This document shows, piece by piece, positions 59,641 through 64,000 of a DNA stretch of 64,000 bases (positions are counted from its first letter, which is position 1; every line of letters begins with the position of its first letter). Position numbers and translations under genes: made by a program. The DNA is from Minisyncoccia bacterium (GTDB lineage: Bacteria > Patescibacteriota > Minisyncoccia > Phycocordibacterales > UBA918). Under the pieces are notes generated by a model, which saw nothing but the letters and a program-made list of their open reading frames with translations, searched no databases and was not told the DNA's origin. The stretch lies in NCBI GenBank assembly GCA_041736805.1, contig JBGSSW010000016.1, forward strand, positions 66,526 to 130,525, in the 5' to 3' direction.

Positions 59641-61008
59641 ATGGAAACCGTCGGAATCATTTCATTAGTAATCTTTGTTATTACTTTCATTTTTATCTTA
59701 ACTGAGAGAATTCACCGTACAGTTATCGGTCTGCTGGGAGCTCTAACTATGTTACTAGCTGGAATGTACTTTGATTTTTACCACCCTAACAACGCTCTTG
59801 AAGCAATTGATTTTAATACCCTTGGACTTCTGTTCGGTATGATGATTCTGGTAAGTATGTTAGAAAAAACCGGTGTTTTTCAATACTTAGGCATTTGGAC
59901 TGCTAAAAAAACCAAAGGCGATCCCTGGAAGTTAATGGTTGCCCTTTCCGCTATCACAGCAGTATTATCGATGATTTTAGATAATGTGACCACAATCATC
60001 ATGATTGTTCCTATCACCATCATTATCGCTGATATGCTCAAGATTAATCCGATTCCAATTTTGATGGCCGAAGCCTTACTTTCTAATGTTGGTGGTACGG
60101 CCACCCTGATTGGTGATCCGCCAAATATCATGATTGGTACCGCAGCTGGTTTTACTTTCAATGACTTTTTAGCACACGCTCTACCAGTAGTATTGGTTAC
60201 TTGGCTAGTTACTCTTATCTTGTTCCGTTTTATTTTTCGTCGCGACCTCAAAAAAGAACCAAAAAATGTAGAGAAGTTACTTCAAATGAACGAAAGAGAA
60301 GCTATCACTGACGTCGTGATGCTAAAAAAACTACTTGGCGTTTTTGGACTTGTGGTAATCATGTTCTTTACACACTCATTACTCCATCTTGAGGCGTCAA
60401 TGGTCGCTCTAATTGGAGCGGCCTTAGCTTTAGTTATTATTGCTCCTCATACCGACCCACAACACATTATAGAGAAATGCGAACTATCTGTTCTACTTTT
60501 CTTTGGTTCACTTTTTGTAATTGTCGGTGGCCTTGAATTTTCTGGTGTTCTTGAATCCGGAGCCAACCTACTTACCTCAGGTGCTCAAGACAATCTTCTC
60601 CTAACTGCTATTGTCCTACTTTGGGCCAGCGCTTTTCTTTCAGCCATTATCGATAATATTCCTTTTACAGTAGCCATGATTCCTATTATCGCTTACCTAG
60701 GAACTCAGGGTATCCCAGTTGATCTTTTATGGTGGGCTCTAGTCTTCGGGGTTGGGTTTGGTGGTAATGGTTCTCCTATTGGTTCAACGGCTGGGGTAAT
60801 TGTAATTGCCAAATCAGAAAAGACTGATACTCCAATCAAGTTTATTGACTGGATGAGACAAGGAGTTCCAACCATGATTTCAGGATTAATTGTTGCCACT
60901 ATTGCTCTAACCGCTCTTAGTCCTTGGTTTGGTAATAGCAGCTCAACTGAACCAGATAACTTAGAAATTGAAATTAATGAGCTGGAGATGCAAAAAGAGG
61001 CTAAATAG
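59641..61008 (+). CDS. Anion/ion permease of the ArsB/NhaD (IT superfamily) type
   Basis: 455 aa, about 12 TM helices with internal duplication and LDNVTTIIMIVPIT / IDNIPFTVAMIPII repeat motifs. Confidence 0.65.
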   Translation: METVGIISLVIFVITFIFILTERIHRTVIGLLGALTMLLAGMYFDFYHPNNALEAIDFNTLGLLFGMMILVSMLEKTGVFQYLGIWTAKKTKGDPWKLMVALSAITAVLSMILDNVTTIIMIVPITIIIADMLKINPIPILMAEALLSNVGGTATLIGDPPNIMIGTAAGFTFNDFLAHALPVVLVTWLVTLILFRFIFRRDLKKEPKNVEKLLQMNEREAITDVVMLKKLLGVFGLVVIMFFTHSLLHLEASMVALIGAALALVIIAPHTDPQHIIEKCELSVLLFFGSLFVIVGGLEFSGVLESGANLLTSGAQDNLLLTAIVLLWASAFLSAIIDNIPFTVAMIPIIAYLGTQGIPVDLLWWALVFGVGFGGNGSPIGSTAGVIVIAKSEKTDTPIKFIDWMRQGVPTMISGLIVATIALTALSPWFGNSSSTEPDNLEIEINELEMQKEAK

Positions 61009-61105
61009 TCTTTTTTAAACAAGCATTTTCATTGAAATAAAACCCCCCACAATTACTTGTGCGGGGTTTAATATAAAGTCGCACATTTAGTAAGACTTGA
61101 GACGT

Positions 61106-61237
61106 CTTGCCCTATAAATAAGGAGTAGCGGTAGCTACGACTATATTTATAGTGTGCTTGTAGACATTGGATTCGACCTCCGGGAGAGAATCCAATGTAG
61201 AAAGTCATATGATTAATATGACTTTAGTCTACGAGCC
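61106..61237. repeat. Copy A of a tandemly duplicated ~130-nt hairpin-rich element (candidate structured RNA)
   Basis: The first 85 nt or so are identical to copy B. Internal hairpins are ctataaata...tatttatag, acattggattc...gaatccaatgt and gtcatatgattaatatgac. Confidence 0.6.
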
Positions 61238-61345
61238 CAATAAACAAGGAATGACATAGTCATGACTATGTTTATGGAGTGCAAGACACTAGAGAAAAAG
61301 CCCCTCACAGGGCTTTTTCTCTAACTCAAGTCTTATTTTAGACGC

Positions 61346-61475
61346 CTTGCCCTATAAATAAGGAGTAGCGGTAGCTACGACTATATTTATAGTGTGCTTG
61401 TAGACATTGGATTCGACCCCAGAGGGAGAATCTATTGTAGAAAATCTTACTTAGTAAGATTTTAGTCTACGAGCC
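61346..61475. repeat. Copy B of the tandem element; its last ~25 nt overlap the 3' end of rpoD
   Basis: Same 5' ~85 nt as copy A. The divergent 3' hairpin atcttacttagtaagat replaces gtcatatgattaatatgac with full base pairing preserved. Confidence 0.6.
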
Positions 61476-62818
61476 TTCTCATGCTGTCGTATCTTCTCGA
61501 GTGCCTTCGCTTCAATTTGCCGAATACGTTCACGGGTTACACCGAATTCTTTACCGACTTCTTCAAGAGTATGATAAGTACCATCGAGTAGGCCGTGTCG
61601 CATTTCCAAAATTTTACGTTCCTTTTCAGATAGAGTGTCGAGAATTTCAGTAATTTGATCAGTTAAAATACTATGCGCAACCTCTTGATCTGGGGAGACA
61701 ATTTTATCATCAGCAATAAAGTCTGACAGTCGTGACCGATCGTCATCATCTCCAACTGGAAGTTCGAGCGAAATAGTATCCTGACTAATTTTTTCAATTT
61801 GATAAACTTTTTCTACCTCAACCCCCATTTCAGTAGCAATTTCCTCAGGCATAGGATCTCTTCCCAGGTCTTGAGAAAGACGACGAGAAACTTGTTTATA
61901 TTTAGCCATAGTTTCAACCATGTGAACAGGAATACGGATAGTCCGTGACTGATCAGCTAAAGCTCGAGTGATAGCTTGTCTAATCCACCAAGTTGCATAG
62001 GTAGAAAATTTAAAACCTTTAGTGAAGTCAAACTTATCAACAGCCTTAAAAAGTCCTAAATTCCCCTCTTGAATCAAGTCAAGTAAAGTAAGGTCTGGAG
62101 AACGACCTACATACTTCTTGGCAATTGATACCACTAGACGTAAGTTAGCTCTAGCTAATAAGTTTCTAGCCTCCTCATCACCATCGACAATTCTTTTGGC
62201 CAAGACCCTTTCTTCTTGTGCATTCAAAAGTGGATACTGGCCGATTTCACGAAGGTACATTTGAATTGAATCAAAACCACTATCACTTCGCTTAAAAGCA
62301 TTTTTCTGGGCAATAATATCAATGCTAGCGTCGTCACCTAACATCCCCCCACTTTGGAGTACGTCTATTCCTGCAATTGAAAACCGCTCATAGAGAACAT
62401 CAAGAAACTCAATGTCTTTTTCTATTTCTGGAAATGAGCGTAGCATTTCATCATATGTAACATAGCCTCGTTCTCGTCCCAGCTTCATCAACTCAGCGGC
62501 TTTTAATTCTAGAATTTTTTCACTCTTAGTTAAGGCTACTTTTTTTACCTTAGCAACTTTTTTTACTGATTTTTTTACTTCCTTCTTAACTACTACTTTA
62601 GGTTTAGCCTTCGCCTTTTTAGCGACGGTTTTGACAACTTTCTTAGTATTCTTCTTAACTACTTTCTTAGCCACCTTCTTGCTAGGCTTTTTTACGACTT
62701 TTTTTACTACTGTTTTAGATTTAACCTTCGCTTTTTTAGCGATTGGTTTTTTAGCTTTTTTAGTGACGGTTTTGACCGCTTTTTTTACGACTTTTTTTGT
62801 GGCCTTTTTGGTAGCCAT
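61451..62818 (-). CDS. rpoD: RNA polymerase primary sigma factor (sigma-70 family) with a ~95-aa lysine-rich repetitive N-terminal extension
   Basis: Region 2-4 hallmarks: [55 protein letters not shown] and the C-terminal [27 protein letters not shown]. The dnaG-rpoD gene order supports the call. Confidence 0.9.
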   Translation of the reverse strand: MATKKATKKVVKKAVKTVTKKAKKPIAKKAKVKSKTVVKKVVKKPSKKVAKKVVKKNTKKVVKTVAKKAKAKPKVVVKKEVKKSVKKVAKVKKVALTKSEKILELKAAELMKLGRERGYVTYDEMLRSFPEIEKDIEFLDVLYERFSIAGIDVLQSGGMLGDDASIDIIAQKNAFKRSDSGFDSIQMYLREIGQYPLLNAQEERVLAKRIVDGDEEARNLLARANLRLVVSIAKKYVGRSPDLTLLDLIQEGNLGLFKAVDKFDFTKGFKFSTYATWWIRQAITRALADQSRTIRIPVHMVETMAKYKQVSRRLSQDLGRDPMPEEIATEMGVEVEKVYQIEKISQDTISLELPVGDDDDRSRLSDFIADDKIVSPDQEVAHSILTDQITEILDTLSEKERKILEMRHGLLDGTYHTLEEVGKEFGVTRERIRQIEAKALEKIRQHEKARRLKSY

Positions 62819-62869
62819 AGTTTTACAACTATACAGAAAATTTCAAAAAAGTCCAGCTATACTGTTATT

Positions 62870-64000
62870 TTACTTAAGTAAATCAACGTTGTATGGTTCG
62901 ACTTGTCTAAGCTTAGATAACTCACCAATTCTTAAAGAAAGCGCCGAGCCCTCATCTTCATCACCATTTAATTCCAACTCCTTTTGCAGTCCCTTAAGAA
63001 CCTTAAGCTGGTCCTTTACAAGTGTGTTTCTATATTCATTCAATTTATATATAAATTCTTCATCAAACACTTTTCGCGGATTCTTATCAAGAAATGTCTC
63101 AACTCTGAAAAGTACCTCCGCTTTAGCGGCGGGGGTTAGATTTTCATCTAATTCACTAAAAGTTTTTCCAGCCACATTCTCTATTATGTCCTTAACTTTT
63201 TGTTCTGCTTCGCTACTTAACAACGGCAAAGCCCCAATAAGATAAGTAAGTAAAGTGGAATTTAGTTGTTTAGGTGAACTGGTTATTATTTTATCTTTTG
63301 ATTTTAAAGCCGCTACATCTCCAAACTTCTCATTTGACTGACTTTTATTTTCATTTAGTCTTTCCACTTCATAATGAATAGCCTCTTTGGTAGTTTTTAA
63401 AACTTCAGCTAGTTTACCTTCAAAATGATCTTGGTCAATATGATTTGGTAAAAGTATAATATAAGGAATAATTTCTTCTCTAGCTCGTAGCTTAAAAGTC
63501 CTTTCGTCCAAATTTTGTGACTGAAGAACTTTAAGTAAAAATTCAATCACGTGAACTGATTTACCGATGACTTGTTTATAATCTTTTACATTCTTTAAAA
63601 CCATATCGGCCGGGTCACTACCAGCTGGTAGCATAGCGACTTTGACATCCAAGCCCCGCCGCAACATCAAATCGGCCGCTCTCCTGACCGCTGCCACCCC
63701 AGCTTTATCGGCATCTAGCGCTAATACTACTTTATTAGACATTCTCTCTAGTAGTTGAACATGTAGAGTCGAAAGAGCGGTCCCGGAAACAGCCACCGTA
63801 TTGGTATAGCCAGCTTGGTGGCTCATTACTACATCAAACTGGCCTTCCACAATCAATGAAAAGTCCAAGTGTCTAATTCCCTGCTTGGCGAAATTGTACC
63901 CGTAAAGTAACTCCGACTTTTTATATAAATCTGTTTCTGGAGAATTGACATATTTTGGTATTCCTTCTCCCGTCTCCATGGTTCGACCAGAAAATCCCAC
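62870..64000 (-). CDS. dnaG: DNA primase DnaG, C-terminal two-thirds; the N-terminal zinc-binding region lies beyond the window end
   Basis: EGIPKYVNSPETDLYKKSELLYGYN (RNA polymerase domain motif), Toprim LIVEGQFDV...LALDADKAG. It sits immediately upstream of rpoD. Confidence 0.85.
   Translation of the reverse strand: MGFSGRTMETGEGIPKYVNSPETDLYKKSELLYGYNFAKQGIRHLDFSLIVEGQFDVVMSHQAGYTNTVAVSGTALSTLHVQLLERMSNKVVLALDADKAGVAAVRRAADLMLRRGLDVKVAMLPAGSDPADMVLKNVKDYKQVIGKSVHVIEFLLKVLQSQNLDERTFKLRAREEIIPYIILLPNHIDQDHFEGKLAEVLKTTKEAIHYEVERLNENKSQSNEKFGDVAALKSKDKIITSSPKQLNSTLLTYLIGALPLLSSEAEQKVKDIIENVAGKTFSELDENLTPAAKAEVLFRVETFLDKNPRKVFDEEFIYKLNEYRNTLVKDQLKVLKGLQKELELNGDEDEGSALSLRIGELSKLRQVEPYNVDLLK

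Noticed and set aside
61170-61185. GGATTCGAC resemblance to the tmRNA 5' end within the tandem repeats
   Set aside because: The surrounding sequence lacks the tmRNA acceptor pairing, the tag reading frame (resume codon/ANDENYALAA-like) and the 3' tRNA-like end. The resemblance is treated as coincidental.
62631-63245. 204-aa ORF on the + strand
   Set aside because: It is antisense to the rpoD N-terminal lysine-codon repeats and the dnaG 3' end. Its low-complexity FLxTF repeats are a mirror of the AAG/AAA-rich sense strand.

Overview
This window is a low-GC (roughly 35-40%) bacterial segment whose gene content suggests a reduced-genome lineage, probably Patescibacteria/CPR (for example Saccharibacteria-like). 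That inference rests on a compact F-type ATP synthase operon with short epsilon and delta subunits, a GH15/GH57/glycogen-synthase-like alpha-glucan cluster, and lysine-rich N-terminal extensions on RpoD and a small protein. The right two-thirds (about 17.4-64 kb) is housekeeping: tsaC, mutM, ung, atpBEFHAGDC, a DEAD-box helicase, truB, rpmG, fba, prmC, hisS, uppP, a UvrD-type helicase-nuclease, ion transporters, rpoD and the start of dnaG. The left 17 kb is accessory. It begins with a partial large serine recombinase and low-GC phage-like hypotheticals. Next is an EVE-DUF262-DUF1524-HEPN type IV restriction-like protein, followed by a two-methyltransferase restriction-modification (RM) locus. 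After that comes a higher-GC 5.3 kb cassette at 11.9-16.3 kb, bounded by ~55 bp imperfect direct repeats and flanked by two GC-rich, hairpin-dense noncoding blocks. The cassette encodes an orphan ClpP-family protease, a divergent MarR regulator, and an operon of a 665-aa HTH plus metallophosphoesterase-like protein, a 106-aa unknown and a nucleoside 2-deoxyribosyltransferase-like protein. This cassette is my best candidate for an undescribed system. Other notable items are a ~450-nt GC-rich noncoding candidate structured RNA inside the mobile region (2280-2738), an 18-bp perfect inverted repeat inside the atpD-atpC spacer, and two tandem ~130-nt structured repeats with compensatory base changes between a permease and rpoD (61.1-61.5 kb). 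No rRNA, tRNA or CRISPR array was recognised. All calls come from reading the ORF translations and the sequence; no database searches were run.
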